Assembly: GCA_964016885.1 (NCBI GenBank)
Contig: OZ024742.1
Span: forward strand, 76,508,001-76,572,000
Origin: Eledone cirrhosa
Lineage: Eukaryota
Direction of reading: 5' to 3'
DNA length: 64,000 nucleotides
Both the position numbers and the translations under genes were made by a program. The notes beneath the pieces are model-generated. The model worked only from the letters and a program-made list of their open reading frames with translations, made no database searches and was not told the DNA's origin. Shown here piece after piece: positions 26,335 to 40,868 of this stretch (position 1 is the first letter of the stretch; the number at the start of each line of letters is the position of its first letter).

Positions 26335-29309
26335 ACGTTTATATGTGTATGTTATGGATTATAAACTATTTAAATAAATATATATTATTTTACATTAGAG
26401 AAAATCTAGTATAGTTTATTTGATTAAAGTAAGTTTGGCAAAATTATATTTATTAAAAGTTCTAATTCAAAACATAAACATCCAAATAATTCCAAATTTA
26501 TGAAAATTTACGAGAGTTTACAAAGGAATAACTACTTAATTATATTATAAAAACAGTAAGGAAATATAAAGGAAGTTAGAAATGATTTTTTAAGAACTCA
26601 AATGACTCCATGGATACATAAAAAAAACCCTTCAAAAAACTTTCTTTAAAAAAAAAATGTTTTTTTAATATTTCAAAAATTTTTATGAGAAGTCATGTTA
26701 CAAAGTTAAAAAATGTTATCTTAAGAATATAATTAAAACATAAACCATAGGTTATTCCACATATATATAACAATCATGTTATTCCACATATATATAAATA
26801 TTTGGATACATATTAAAAATGTTTGAAGATATAAAATATTGGCAGATATGAAAATAATGGTTTTTCCATATCTTTCAAAAGAACTTTTAAAGAATTTTCT
26901 AAAACTTTCAGAAAGTCCTTCAGGGAAAATTGTTCTTAAAAGAATTTCAAATAGTCATATAAAAAGGTTATAATCAATTGATAAGTGTAATAATATAAAG
27001 TGTATTTATGAAGTAGAGATAATAGAAAGTAAATTAAATATATATGAATCATATATAGATATAATCTGAAGGATGAAGTTGTAGGTGGTTGGATATAGAA
27101 AACATTATGTAAAGGAGATTAACAATATATTACATTTTATATATATATCTAAAAGTTGAGTTTAAACGATGTTTACAAGAACTAAATAAATTATTACACA
27201 AATTAATAGAGTTCTTAGTCTTTAGTATACAGAATATTTCTTCAACGCAAAGGGAGCAATTTTTGGATAGTGCTGTATATGAAGGAGCTTTGGAGATAAT
27301 TTCCCAAGATAAAGAATAGTTAATATTCTTGGATTTTAAGTTCCATAATAAGTTGTATATAGAAGTTGAAGATTTTTTACCAATATTCGTAAAGGAAGAT
27401 TTATCGTTATTGAAACGAGATTTGAAGTCTGTGTAAGTAGAGCCGATATAGAAAAAGGAATTTTCATTGGTTTTGAAATTACAATTGTATACTATATTTT
27501 TAACTAAACAGTTAGTATTTAGAGGACAGTTAGATTTATTTCGACAATTACATTTATCAGAATTTATATTATTGGGAGCCGTAACATTATAATGGATATT
27601 GCTGGAGGTATTAATGTTATTCTGGTTAGGTTTTAAGATTCTGTTATTAATTATATTAATATTCTGCGCTAAATTCATCGTGGTGGAATATGAGAGTTTA
27701 ATAGTATATCTATTAAAGATTGGGTAATATCTGTGTGTCTTAGGAAAACACTTATCAAGAGCTTTAAAAAATAGTTTAGCTATTGGAGTTTTAATACTTA
27801 ATTAGAAAGGAGAAGCGAACCATAATATATTTCTAGTTCGATTTCTTCTTTTGATGTTCGAGTTAGTGCAAGGTTTCCTATTATATTTATATTTATAGTT
27901 ATGGTTAATTGGCACATCCTTATTATCAATGTATTTAATGTCATTACTATAGCCTGCTCTACTTAACGCTTCGTTATAATATTGTGCCTTATCTTCAAAT
28001 ATTCAAGAAATACGTTGCTGCACAGAATTTACGATAGTGTTTTTAACGGATCTGGGGTGATTGGAATTAAAGTTAACATAGTTTAAATTCTCATTGATTT
28101 TATGAAATGGATAATAAAGGCCAGTATTAAGGTTTAAAGTTACATCTAAAAAATTAACTATTTTATAATTATTCTCTACTTCTACTTTAAGATTAACGCT
28201 ATTAAGAAATTGTATAATTTCTTTTCTTTTCCTATTTATTTCACAATTATTATTATTTTCAATAAGCAATAGCATATCGTCACAATATAAATCACCGATT
28301 ATCTCTAGTATTTTCCTATGTAAAGTATTGTTAATAAAAAGCTCCACAAGATCCGTTAATTGCGCCGAGTTCGATGATCCCATAGTGATATCGAAATTGT
28401 TGTCCCTATCTGCTCTAGTCCAAAGGTGGATGCTAAATTTAATTAATGTTTTACGTGCAGTTGAGATGATGTGCATTTAATTGCTAGATAAATCAATATA
28501 TTTAAATGCATATGTAAGGGCTTTATTAAGTAAATTAGGAGTGATAGATGAGTAATAATTAGCAGTATCAAATTCACTGAATTTATTGTTTGGAAGTTTA
28601 TGTTTTGACTTACAACTATTAATAAATATAATTTTGCCAAACTTACTTCAATCAAATAAACTATGCTAGATTTTCTTTAATGTAAATTAAGATATATTTA
28701 TTTAAATAATTTATAATCCATAACATACACATCTAAACGAATACATTCTAATATAATATAAATACTTATGTTTTAATTTTAATTTTTAATTTTTAATATT
28801 AATATTAAATTACATTTTTAATATTAAGGTAAATTTTAATCTTTAATTTGGATTTTTAATTTTTAATTTTAATTTGTTCAACTTATCATTATACATATTA
28901 TAATCCCAAAGTAATGAACCATACATTCTAAATATTATTCTTCCACGTTAATCTTATTTCTTCTTTCACTTCTTCTTTCACTTAGATTCTTCCATTAATA
29001 TTTATTTCTTCGTTCACTCTTGACTATCTTCATAATCACTATGTATAATCGTTTTATTCTTTCCTCTTCTATCTTTCTCCTTCCTTTTCTTTTTCTTTTT
29101 CTTTTCTCTCTCCCTTACATATCCTCTTGTTCCAACAGTTTTATTTAAATAAACCGTTATCTTTTCAACTTCTCCGACACTCATTTGCATACTCACTCAT
29201 AAATTTGTATTACCCTCAATAAAATATTATCTCCACTATCCAGGAAACTCCACCCGTTAAGGTTGTCTTTTTTCCGGGAATGTCAATATTTATTTATAAA
29301 ACAAATCTG

Positions 29310-29384
29310 TATTTTATCTGATGAAAGCGCACCATAATTTGCCTTAATTGTCCTTGAAATATATATAATAAAATAAATATGGTT
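29310..29384 (+). ncRNA. Type I HHR in PLE pLTR (mirror copy ~25508-25572 minus, cleavage site mutated to UG)
   Basis: TATTTTAT-CTGATGA...GAAA-TATATA-TA-ATAAAATA. Stem II is imperfect. Confidence 0.65.
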
Positions 29385-29506
29385 CTATAAATACAGTTTC
29401 CATTTATTAATATATTGTGTATTTACTCCACTAAATTGTTGAGTGCTTTATATCAGTTATAAACATTTTAAAGCTTGTTGAATTCCAACAAATTAAATAT
29501 AACCTC

Positions 29507-29636
<130 letters not shown>

Positions 29637-30229
29637 TTGACGAAACCGCGAAAGGTGAACCGTACAATTATTTCAACAGCGGTTAACAGATAGTGTGGTT
29701 TGTCACAATAGGAGCATACGTTTTTTAATACAAGTTTAAACTCCTTTTACATAAGTGTGTTTCTTTTTTCGTTAGGCAGTGTTTGAGTATGTAGATATCT
29801 TGCTTAGTGCGTGTTTATAGGTGTATGCTTCAATGAGAACTAGTTCTGTGTGAATTTATGGAGGCTAGTGAGGTTTGCTGACAGAAGTATTTCCCATTCG
29901 GTCAACTTGCACTATTCCTTGATTAGGGTGGTTTACTGTCAGGTTTGAGACCAGTTCTATAGACATGTCTGAAGTTTACGATAACCATTCCGGGTTGCAG
30001 ATATAAACACACACAACCTAATGTATTTTCTCGATAAATATAATTCGACATCCTTCCCCGATTATTCTATCTCAAGTTGATCCAGCAGATACTCTCACAT
30101 GCGCACATAGAGGCAAACACATATAACCACTCAGCAAGCAAGGTATCTACACACACAACCAATCAAAAAATAAAAGAAAAAAATCAACACAAGAAATACT
30201 TATGTGAAGAGATTTTACAATTGGATAAA

Positions 30230-31170
30230 CAACGCATGCCCTTATTTGGACCACATCCCAAGTTAATCGCCAAGGCCTTCGGCAATCAGTCAGGGACTAG
30301 CACTTGAAACAGGGAACACTCAGCCATACCATAAACTGATTGGCTACATCAGCAGCGAGGCCTCCACCAATACCTCTCCTTCCTCTTGGACGTATATTTT
30401 ATTATTGAAATTAAATATATGGACTTTTACGTTAGTTTTAATATTCCCTTCCACTGCATGTGCAATCATGATTCTCATATGGTCGTGGTATTTGGAGGTC
30501 AGTATGGATCTGGTCCACACACTCCGTCTTTCAATAGGGGTCATTTTGGCTATTGAGGTAGGAGTTCTGACTCTTACAGGTCTAATGGACCAGGAACAGT
30601 TATGGTTTTATTCATCTAGATATTCTTTGTCACATATAAGTGGAAGAAGGGGACCCAGTTCCTCAGGGTCAACTCCTTGATATACCACGTCGCTCTCGTT
30701 GCTTCTTTCTTCGTATTTATCCATACAAAAATCGACGTCGATAGGTGGGTATAGGTATACTACATCCATACGGCTTATGATATAGTTTTTCGGGTGGTGG
30801 GTTTCGTTGCACTTGATCATTTTGCTGAGGAGAGCCCCATGTTCACTCACACAAATCTGGAGATCTCTTAATGATGGGGCGTATGACCTTTGAGAAGATA
30901 TAGGAGATCATGTAGTTGCAGGCGATGTTCGCTCTTCAGACATGTTTGTTTGTGTTCTTGCCAGAGGTTCGGTGGTTATTTTATGATCTTTGCGGAAGCC
31001 ATAAAACGATATAATTCATTATTCGTGGTTTGGAATTTATTAGCCGTGCACTTTCTTGTGGGGTTGCATTACTTGGATATAATCTGGCTATTGACAATCT
31101 GGCAGAATTATCGGCAGTAATGTCAGTTTCAACAAACTATTTCACATCAAAAATCGTGCGGAACAAACAC
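30230..31170 (-). pseudogene. Decayed PLE RT fragment related to 63198..63983
   Basis: MDVVYLYPPIDVDFC..GVDPEELGPLL and HIFNFNNKIYVQEEG align with the Hydra-like RT at the window end. Confidence 0.75.
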
Positions 31171-31177
31171 ATACACG

Positions 31178-31253
<76 letters not shown>

Positions 31254-31281
31254 ATAGCTTGAAGCGAAATCTTATTTCTTT

Positions 31282-31326
<45 letters not shown>

Positions 31327-31737
31327 AGCATTAAAAAAGATGCTGATGTTACATGAATCGTTTATTCATAATAATTATTTCAACAATTCTGCCATGCAGT
31401 CCAATTGTTGTTGTTATGAGAACAGTGTCTTCAGATGAAATTCGACTTTGTAATATGCCGCAGGCAGAGAAAAACACGTCCTACCGTTCGTGCGCCCGTA
31501 TATATATATATGTTTGTGTGTTTCTGTCTGTGCGTATATAAGAATAATTGTAATAAAGAGTTGAAGATGAAGCTGTTGTTATTAAGTATGTATATTCTAA
31601 TATATATACCACGACGAAGAGAAATATGCTCATTAAAAACATTTTATATATTTCCGCAAAATGAGACTTCTTTTCTGAAATTATAATTATCATCTCGTTT
31701 GTTTGATTTTTTACTTACCAAAGTCAGTCGTGATTAA

Positions 31738-31785
31738 AACGTCAAAGATATATTTGCGCCGTCGTGTATTCCATATGCTTATATT

Positions 31786-31871
<86 letters not shown>

Positions 31872-31927
31872 CGTGTGTGTATGCGTATGTATATATGTAT
31901 ATACACACACACACACGTGCGCACACG

Positions 31928-31967
<40 letters not shown>

Positions 31968-32021
31968 TATACATATATAAGTATATGGAATACACGACGG
32001 CGCAAATATATCTTTGACGTG
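31738..32021. repeat. Inverted repeat enclosing mirrored (TA)(TG)/(CA)(TA) microsatellites
   Basis: ACGTCAAAGATATATTTGCGCCGTCGTGTATTCCATAT..CTTATAT at 31739-31785 and its reverse complement at 31975-32020. Confidence 0.85.
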
Positions 32022-32039
32022 TCAATCAATGTATATGTA

Positions 32040-32800
32040 TTTTGGGGCGGGTAAAATTCCAGAGATCCATGGACGAGTTCTCACCAGCGGTATCTGTTCC
32101 TCATTATTGCTGCCATGTCCTGTGTCTCCAACAGACCAGTGTCTGTCCTTAGGGCATCAACATACGTTAACCTTGGTCTTGCTCTTCTAGTGTGTCCATG
32201 TAGGGGCTCCCACAGGAGCACTGAATGCAATGTCAACTCTGGATGTCAGTGAGCATGTCCAGCTAAACTCAGTCTCCTCTGTGACACTTCTGAGCTGACT
32301 TTTGGGAGGCTCCCATACAGCTCTGAGTTTTCCATCCTCAGTGTATACTGATTAATGTTCAGAGCCATCCTCAGCATTCTCGTGTAGCACCCATCCACCA
32401 TCTGAATGAGTTTCTTGGTCAGTGTCCAAGTCTCAGACCCGTACAGCAGCACATATTCCACTACAGCAATGAGGAGGCGGATATTCAGGTCTTTACGAAG
32501 GTCCGACTTCCACACCGATCTCAAGGTGTTGCAGACCGCCCAGCCCTTGCTCTTCCTCTCAACCACATCATCTTCCGTATTCCCAATCTTTGCTCCCAAA
32601 TACAAGAAGTCCTCAACCAATCACATTAGTGTTCCCCTCTGGATTATCAACATTCTCTACCAGATATTTTGTTTTAGACTCATTCATTCTCAGCTCCACA
32701 CTGATCGACACAGTCTCAAACTCCTACATCAAATCCTCTGCCTCATTCACTGTATTTCTCACCAAAACTATGTCAGTGGAGGATCAGTAACATCGTCCCA
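32040..32800 (-). pseudogene. RTE-like LINE RT C-terminal fragment
   Basis: VEDFLYLG, VLLYGSETWTLT, YTRMLRMAL, RRLSLAGH, followed by LLWEP.HG. Confidence 0.85.
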
Positions 32801-34258
32801 GTGCCAAAGATATAAGTTACACTGTGAGATCTAGCTAGGGCTAGATCGTATAACGGAAACAAAAGACCATGTGACTTCTGCGCCGCTGAGGCCCTGGAAA
32901 TACTCTACGCCACAGACCACGTCTTAAACATAATATCTGAGGCAATTTCGGTTTGTAAACATAAATTGCACAAAACTTTCCTGTATTACAGCCCCACGTT
33001 ATACCCTAACGGATAGTACGATCTATACGTGGATATTTTATGTCTTGATGTGGTAGCTAAGTATATATTTTGATTATACCATTACTTATTTGCATAGGTA
33101 AGTATATTACCTGTATGTTTTGTGAAGGTACGTATACTTTCTCGTACGTATATTTGATTGTATATGTTATGGCGTATAATTTTTATATATTCTGGTACAT
33201 ATGGTTTGGTTATGTGTATACGGGAGTTTTGCGTCTGTGTGAGTATGCAGGTTCGTACGTATGTAGGGTGTGGGTATATGTGTACTTCTATTCAAATATT
33301 GTTCAACGAAAACACCAGCACCACCTACGACAACAGGTACAGAAGCAGCAGCAGCTATGAAAACAACAGCAACTAAACCAGTATCCCCTGTCACAAAATG
33401 ACCTGGTCAAAAACAACTATCCTTCATATTACAGTTTTTAAATTTTCCGCTTTTTCAAACTACCCCAAGAGAGAAAACATCATTGTCAACATCACTGAAA
33501 CACCATTCAAAATACTGCAATGGGAAAAGACTCTCCTCTCACACCATGAGATGATTGTCTGTAAATCTTAGATTCTACCAGTTAAAAGTTAAACACACAT
33601 ACCCCTCTCCAGTCCACTCATTTGACAAAATAGATCTTTGTAATACAATTGGGTTCCAACCATCCACGATCACTCACAAACGCACATCTACAAACACCAA
33701 CATATCTTGGCATACATTTGCAGACACCCTCATATATTTGCAGAATATATCTCTACAAGATATGTGAACGAAACTAAGTGTAGGATTCCCATGACTAGAA
33801 GAATTATCATTAGAAATATAGAATAATTAACAAAACATAATAAACCAACTGAAATAATGCCAATGGCAACACACGTATAGTATAGCTATATATGTGGTTT
33901 AGTGGATATGTTTCTAAGTGGATATGTATCGAAGGGGATATGTATCGAAGTTATTTTAATTATGTTTTGTATGAATGCAACCGCTTACGTGTCGTTACAT
34001 GATTTTCAAAAATAATTATCCCACTAGTACTTGTTCGCATCTTGAATCATTCCTGTAGTATTGCGTCTAAATACTACACCCTTCTTTATTCAAAAATATT
34101 AACATGTTTGCGATGCCCAACTCTAATAGCGGTGGCTCCTCTTCAATCTTTAATATCGTGTACATTTCCATGAAGATATTTCTGTTTCGGGAAGTTTTTC
34201 TAAACAGAAAAAGAAACATCCTTCAGTAAAACATAGAAGTAAACAATATTTCATATAA

Positions 34259-34446
34259 TGCGGTGGATTGGCAGTATCGGTAGAGGTTCAGACGATATGC
34301 TTTGACGCATAGAGTTATAACCCTTGCCATTATGAGTTCAAATCCCACCGAGGTTAACTTTGCCTTTCATCCTTACTGGGTCGATAAAATAAAGTTCCAG
34401 TAATGCATTTGGTAATTGTGGCCTTGTGCCAAATGTAGAAACAATA
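34259..34446 (+). mobile_element. tRNA-derived SINE
   Basis: A box TGGCAGTATCGG and B box GAGTTCAAATCC. TSD AAACAATATTTCATATA at 34241-34257 and 34439-34455. Confidence 0.9.
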
Positions 34447-34456
34447 TTTCATATAT

Positions 34457-36490
34457 ACCTATATATATAAAAGCGAGGATGGGTGTGTGTCTGTGTACAA
34501 ATGTTGATACCTAAGGCTTTTACAAATCCCAACCGAAATTGACCAAATGTTCTGTGCACCTTGCACCTGTCGCTGAGATTGTCACATCACAAACATTTTC
34601 AAATAGACCCACGTTGAGAAATACAAAATCGATAGCAAAATTATTTTTTATAAAGTGCATGATGTAAGGGAGATAACAAACTTTATTGACAATCCTTATA
34701 AAGAGAGTGAGAGAGGGGAGATATGGAAACCATCGTTTTCACTTTCAAAACAACAATCATCGTCGGACGAAATTTCAGAAATATAAATATCAGATTCATT
34801 TGAAGGCAAATCACTAATATTATCGTTTGTTTCTTGTTTATACTGAATGTCGTCGTGTGTAAAACCTTCAAAGTCGGTATCGCTACTTTCATAAGCCATG
34901 TTGATACAAAACAAAATTTGTTGCACATTCAAAGTTAAAAAAATACTTGTTGTTTTAATTTGTTTCATTATATTAAGTGTTAATTTTCGCGGTAACGGCC
35001 TAATCTGGCAGCAGTCTCGAATTGACAAGATTTTGATGATGGTTTGTTTATTTTTAGAACAATCCTTATGGGAATTTCCTTTCAAACCATTGGGACCTAC
35101 AACTTTTACATTTTTAACGTTATTTCGTCCACATTTGAGGCAAGCATTATCTATGCTTCCAGCTGTATTCGTACACATCAAACTTTATTGACAATGAAGG
35201 AACATACTGAAGAGGATGGAGTTATTCAAAGGAATTTTTATGTTTTGCCAGTATATTTTAAATTCTACTGTAACGCTTCAATTCATACATTTTAACTTTA
35301 CAATTTTTCACCAAATATAAAAGAAAGTATGCACATATTGGCTCTCGGACTTTGACCTCTCAGTCGAAGAAACCAATGCGTGTAAATGACGCTCCGCCGA
35401 TAACCGAAAATAGACAATCACAAAATGCGGTGAATACAGTCATTGCAACATATTTGTCCGCCGCTGAGCGTCGGTTAGTGCGGGGAACCAATAATGCTAA
35501 AGCAACTGCTGCAGCACGAGCTGCAGAGACTACAGTGCAACGTGAAACATGCCTTGTTATGGATGCTACAGCTACTGCTACAGCAAGATTTGCAGAGACA
35601 GTACACAAATATGAAACATGCCGTGCACGTAATGCTTCAGCTAATTCTGCAGCAAGAGCAATTGAGACTGAGCATAACGTCAAAGTCGCCAATTGAGAAA
35701 TGATTCAGCTACTGCTACGGCACGAGCTGTAGAGACTGGAACAAGTCGAGCTATTCGGCTGGAGGGTAACGCTCAACATAGAGCTTTATCGCGGTGTATT
35801 TCAAAGGTATCACGCTCACGATGGTACCTTAAGGCAGTTAATTATGACCCTAATGTAAACTTTCAAATCCATCCTGATATTCAAATATATGCCGTATCAA
35901 ATACTTGCCAACATTGTAAAGCTAAAAATTGGGCGGAAAAATCGGCTGGAATGTGATGCTCCAATGGTAAAGTTAATTTGCCCACGCTTAGGGAACCACC
36001 ACAACCTCTCCAGATGTTTCTAACAGGTAAATATTTCGCAATCACGTGATTTTCTCAAGCATATCCGACAGTACAACATTGCGTTTCAAATGACCTCTTT
36101 CGGTGCAAAACGTCTGAAGGAAGATGGATGTATGCTGACTTTCAAAGTACAGGGCCAGGTGTATCATCTCATTGCATCACTGCAACAGTTGCTTACTGAA
36201 GAGCCACAATTTTTACAAGTTTACTTTATTGTTAACTGTCATCAGCAAGCAGATCGACGGCAATCGTAGACTTCAGACACTAAACTGGAACTCTTGATTG
36301 ACCCCCAAGACATGCTTCACTACAACAATAGCTACATTCAAAGCTTCAAGTATGCTTTAGAACAAGCACCTTCGCCAAATTACCATATCGTCATTTACGC
36401 TGATGAGAGACCATCTGGGGAGTATGCGGGCCGGTATAATGCACCTACTTGTAATGAGGTAACATCGTTGTTAGTGGAGAGCAGCACAAC
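34457..36490 (+). mobile_element. 5' part of a Helitron-like element (Rep N-terminal region), truncated at a PLE
   Basis: AVNYDP..CQHCKAKNW..GM*CSNGKV.LP, FLKHIRQYNIAFQMTSFGA, FKVQGQVYH, PQFLQVYF, GRYNAPTCNEV. Starts with (C)CTATATATATAAAA. Confidence 0.85.
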
Positions 36491-36647
36491 AATAATTAAA
36501 AACGGTTGTTTTTAAATTATTTACATATTCATTTGCATATTCACACATAAGTTTGAAAAATCCGTAATATATTTCCACTATCCAGTGAATTTCCAACCGA
36601 TAAGGTATGATTTTCATGGGTATGTCTCTATTTATAAAACAAACTCG

Positions 36648-36710
36648 TATTTCATCTGATGAAAGCGTATCAATGTGTCTTGGTACCCTTGAAATATATA
36701 TAATAAAATA
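36648..36710 (+). ncRNA. Type I HHR in the 5' pLTR
   Basis: TATTTCAT-CTGATGA-AAG.GTATCAA-loop-TTGGTAC.CTT-GAAA-TATATA-TA-ATAAAATA. Confidence 0.75.
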
Positions 36711-36849
36711 AATATGGTTTTATAAATATAGTTTCCATTTATTTAATATCATTGAATATTTACTCCAGTAAACTGTTGAGTGCTCTAAATCAGTTATAAA
36801 CATTTATATTTGTTGGACTTCGAACAAATTAAATACCCCTTCTTCTTAC

Positions 36850-39231
36850 AAATATCTCCTTTAATGATGAGCACTTTAAATTATAACTGATTGCTAAATA
36901 ATGGAATTCTTTAGGATTTCTTCTTCTCTTAACGATGTACCTTTACCTAAGAATAAGGACTATCTTAAACAACTCATTGAGAAATCTGACTGCTTCATAT
37001 GAAAACTTAGATGGCGTACCTTCCATTTCGATAGAAAATCAGATGAAAAAAAATAAATCCGATCATACAAAACATCAAATTCAAGAAAAAACAATTTGTA
37101 GGCCAGGAATACCTTAAAGGCCTCATTAATAATATATGGATTGGTAGTATCGGTAGAGGGTCGGACGCCATGCTTTGACGCATAGAGTTACGGCCCTTGC
37201 CATTCTGAGTTCAAATCCCGCCGAGGTTAACTTTGCCTTTCATCCTTATGGGGTCTATAAAATAAAGTACCAGTAATACACTGGGTAATTGCTGGCCTTG
37301 TGCCAAAAGTAGAAACAATTAATAATATAGACAATCTTGAAAAAACTGAGGAGAACCTCGTAAAATCTGACAAACCTAACAACCTATACGGAATGCAAAA
37401 GGACGAATACAATAACCTTATATTGAAAGAACTGAGGAAAAACTACAAAATAACAACTAATGAAGATTTTGAAATGGTAAATACAGAAGCTTCTGAAATA
37501 ATTCATAAATTAGGCATCGAAAATAGGACCGAACCCTTTATACCTAGAAGACCGAAAATTAACCAGAAAGACCACAAAAGAAACTTTGAAATAGAACTAC
37601 CAGTCAGACGTATAGCACCATCTAAATCAGACTTAGGCATAGTTAGTAAACATATATTAGATAGAATCATACCGCAACTTAAAGAAATATCTTACCTAAA
37701 ACTATGGAACAGTACGAACGAGGTTATAGATTGGTTCAATAACATAACATTTAAACATAACAAAAAATTCATACAAATGCATATTGCAAACTACTACTCC
37801 TCTATTACTCCTAGTTTACTTAATAAAGCTCTTATCTATGCATCTAAACATACAGATTTATCTAGCGAAGAAATGTATATTATTTTAACTGAACGGAAAA
37901 CTTTAATTGAATTCAACAATCATCTCTGGACAAGAGCCTATAGAAAAAATTATTTTGATATCACCATGGGGTCATCTGACTGGGCGCAAATAACGGATCT
38001 TGTGGGGCTATTTATTAATAATACACTGCAAAGAAAAATATCAGAGATGACCGGTGGTTTATATCGTGATGATATGCTGCTTTTAATTGAAAATCATAGT
38101 AATTGTGAAATTAATAAAAAAGAAAATCCATAATACAATTCTTCAATAGCTACAACCTTGAGTTAGAAATAGAGAATAACTATAAAATTAACTTTTTAGA
38201 CGCAACATTAAACCTTAACACAGGGCTCTACTATCCATTCCATAAAATTAATGAGAATCTAAACTATGTATGTTTTAACTCTAATCATCCTAGATCTATC
38301 AAGAACACTATCGTCAATTCTGTCCAACAACGGATTTCACGCATCTCCTCTAATAAAAACATTTTTGACGATAAAGCAGAATATTATAATGAAGTTTTAA
38401 ATAGAGCAGGGTATATAAATAGGATTAAATACATCGACAACAGTAATAAGGTAAATAACCATACTATTGATTGTAATAATAATAATAATAACAAATTTAA
38501 CTTAAACTCTAAAACTAACAGAAAAACTAGAACTAGAAATATTATTTGGTATTCACCCCCATTCTCCTTAAGCGTTAATACACCTTTAGCAAAGCTATTC
38601 TTTAAAGCACTAGATAAATGTTTTCCTAAATCCCACATGTACCACTTAATCTTTAACAGACATTCTATAAAACTATCCTACTCTACTACTATGAACATAG
38701 CACAAAATATAAATCGAATTAATAATAGAAATTTAAACCCTAACAAAAATAACCAAAATAGCAGTATTATCTCTAGCAACATTCAACTTAGTAGTACCGT
38801 TCCGAACAACAACAAATCTAACTGTAGAAAATCAAACTGTCCTTTACAAAATAAGTATTTAGATAAAAACATTGTCTATAAATGTACACTTAAAACTAGT
38901 GATAATATATTTAACTATGTCTGTGCAACTTCTACACAATTTAAAAGTCGCTGGGATAATCACAAATGCTCTTTCCGAAGAATTGATAAAGAATCTTTCA
39001 AACCTGATATGGAACTTAAAATGCAAGAATATGGACTATTCATTAGCTTGGGGAATCGTTTCACAAGCACCCGCGTACCGAAACACAGTTTTATCTAGAT
39101 TCTGCAAATTGTGTATTGAGGAAATATTTTTCATACTTAAATGTAAAAACTCTATTAATCTAAGAACGAATTTATTTAATTCTTGTAGACATCGCCTGAT
39201 TTCAACATTCAGAACTATATATAACTTATAA
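36850..39231 (+). pseudogene. PLE RT + GIY-YIG ORF, frameshifted and interrupted by a SINE
   Basis: KSDKPNNLY, KDHK.NF, PSKSDLG, YYSSI, FDITMGS, GLYRDD, IIWYSPP, CPL..IVYKC, CKLCIEE, CRH. Start approximate. Confidence 0.9.
37137..37320 (+). mobile_element. tRNA-derived SINE inserted in the PLE ORF
   Basis: B box GAGTTCAAATCC, with TSD ATTAATAATATA on both sides. Confidence 0.9.
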
Positions 39232-39773
39232 ATTATACTTATAATAGTTCTACTTATTTCCATAACAATATCATCGACTTGGTTTTAATATATTGATATC
39301 TGTAAATCATAATATCTATAACATTTGCTATAATTCCACTTCTTAAAATTTCATAAGACATATACGTATATAATTGTAATTTTTTTTTAATTTAAATTTT
39401 TATTTTAATAATTTTTATTTCTTTATTGTATTTCTTTAATTTTTATTTCTTTAAAATTACTTATCTCTTATAAATTATTTAAAAAAAAATTTCTCAAATG
39501 TTTAATATTTTGTAATACTGTATCAATATTTTTTCAATATTTTTCAATAGATTTATAACCAATAACTGATTCTGGCTAAATGTATCTTTCAACATCTATA
39601 CTTATTTTAACTAAATAGTCTCACACTAAGGAGTAAATAGATTAAACCGAAGTTTTTTCCGTATATTCCCATTTTAATTTAATTCAACTTAATATTAATT
39701 TACATTAAATACACAACAAATATCCCTCATAACTCATTAGAACAATTATCTATAACATTATATACCCATCTAT

Positions 39774-39812
<39 letters not shown>

Positions 39813-40181
39813 TCTACTTATAACAGAAGAAAATATTATATTATAAGCACATTTTAAACAACTAATAATTGTAAATACACTTACAATTAAGATATATATT
39901 TAGAATATATTTCCCTTAAATTAACGTTATATGAGTTTTATTCATCCTCTCTTGTTTCTTTCTTCTCTCTCTGTCTCTCTCTCTAGCACTATTTTATCCT
40001 CTCCTATCTCTTCACTCTTTCTATAGTCGTTGAAACGGTTGTTTTTCAATTATTTACATATTCATTTGCATATTCACACATAAGTTTGAAAAATGCCTAA
40101 TATATTTCCATTATCCAGTGAATTTCCAAGCGATAAGGTAAGATTTTCATGGGTATGACCCTATTTATAAAACAAAGTTTG

Positions 40182-40243
40182 TATTTTACCTGATGAAAGC
40201 GTATCAATGTGTCTTGGTACCCTTGAAATATATATAATAAAAT
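40182..40243 (+). ncRNA. Type I HHR in the 3' pLTR
   Basis: Same fold as 36648-36710: CTGATGA...GAAA-TATATA-TA-ATAAAATA. Confidence 0.75.
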
Positions 40244-40373
40244 AAATATGGTTTTATAAATATAGTTTCCATTTATTTAATATCATTGAATATTTACTCC
40301 AGCAAACTGTTGAGTGGTCTAAATCAGTTATAAACATTGTTGGACTTCCAAAAAATTAGATAACCCTTCTACT

Positions 40374-40443
<70 letters not shown>

Positions 40444-40447
<4 letters not shown>

Positions 40448-40600
40448 AACCAGTAAGACCCCGACAGCTGAGCTCAAGCCGTTTCGACGGCTCATTCTGG
40501 ACTCGGGGTCTTACTGGTTCCTATTACCCACTCTACTACCTCAAGTATTGAGTACTTTGGTGCGTTATGCTCCACCTGGTTCCTTACCACATTTCCTTCG

Positions 40601-40602
<2 letters not shown>
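40444..40602. mobile_element. 160-bp mini-foldback of the GC-rich Nematis-like family
   Basis: Both termini identical to those of 48626-53316 (TAGGAACCAGTAAGACCCC... and ...CATTTCCTTCGTT), flanked by (TA)n. Confidence 0.9.
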
Positions 40603-40637
<35 letters not shown>

Positions 40638-40645
<8 letters not shown>

Positions 40646-40868
40646 TAACAGATTCAAGTTTAAGCAAAAATCGCTACTTTCACCCCTAACGGGATCTTCT
40701 GAAAATCAAAAGTTTCAGAAGATCCCGTTAAGGGTGAAAGCAGCGATTCTTTGCTTAAACTTTAATCTGTTATTTTAATAAATATTTGCTCTACGGTTCT
40801 TATATATTTGATATATATTTATCCTCATCGAGCCCTCTTTAGATGTTAGTCTTCAAATTTATTATTAT

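Larger units (their letters stand above)
36500..40372 (+). mobile_element. Full-length Nematis-like PLE with two direct pseudo-LTRs (~36500-36848 and ~40033-40372)
   Basis: ~340-bp direct repeats, each with an HHR, enclosing a decayed RT-GIY-YIG ORF. (TA)n follows the 3' end. Confidence 0.92.

Noticed and set aside
33400-33800. Possible old L1-like 3' fragment
   Set aside because: Too degraded to support any motif.
35950-35960. In-frame TGA at a Cys position (GM*CSNGKV) as selenocysteine
   Set aside because: The Helitron fragment has other stops and frameshifts and no SECIS was seen, so it is simple decay.
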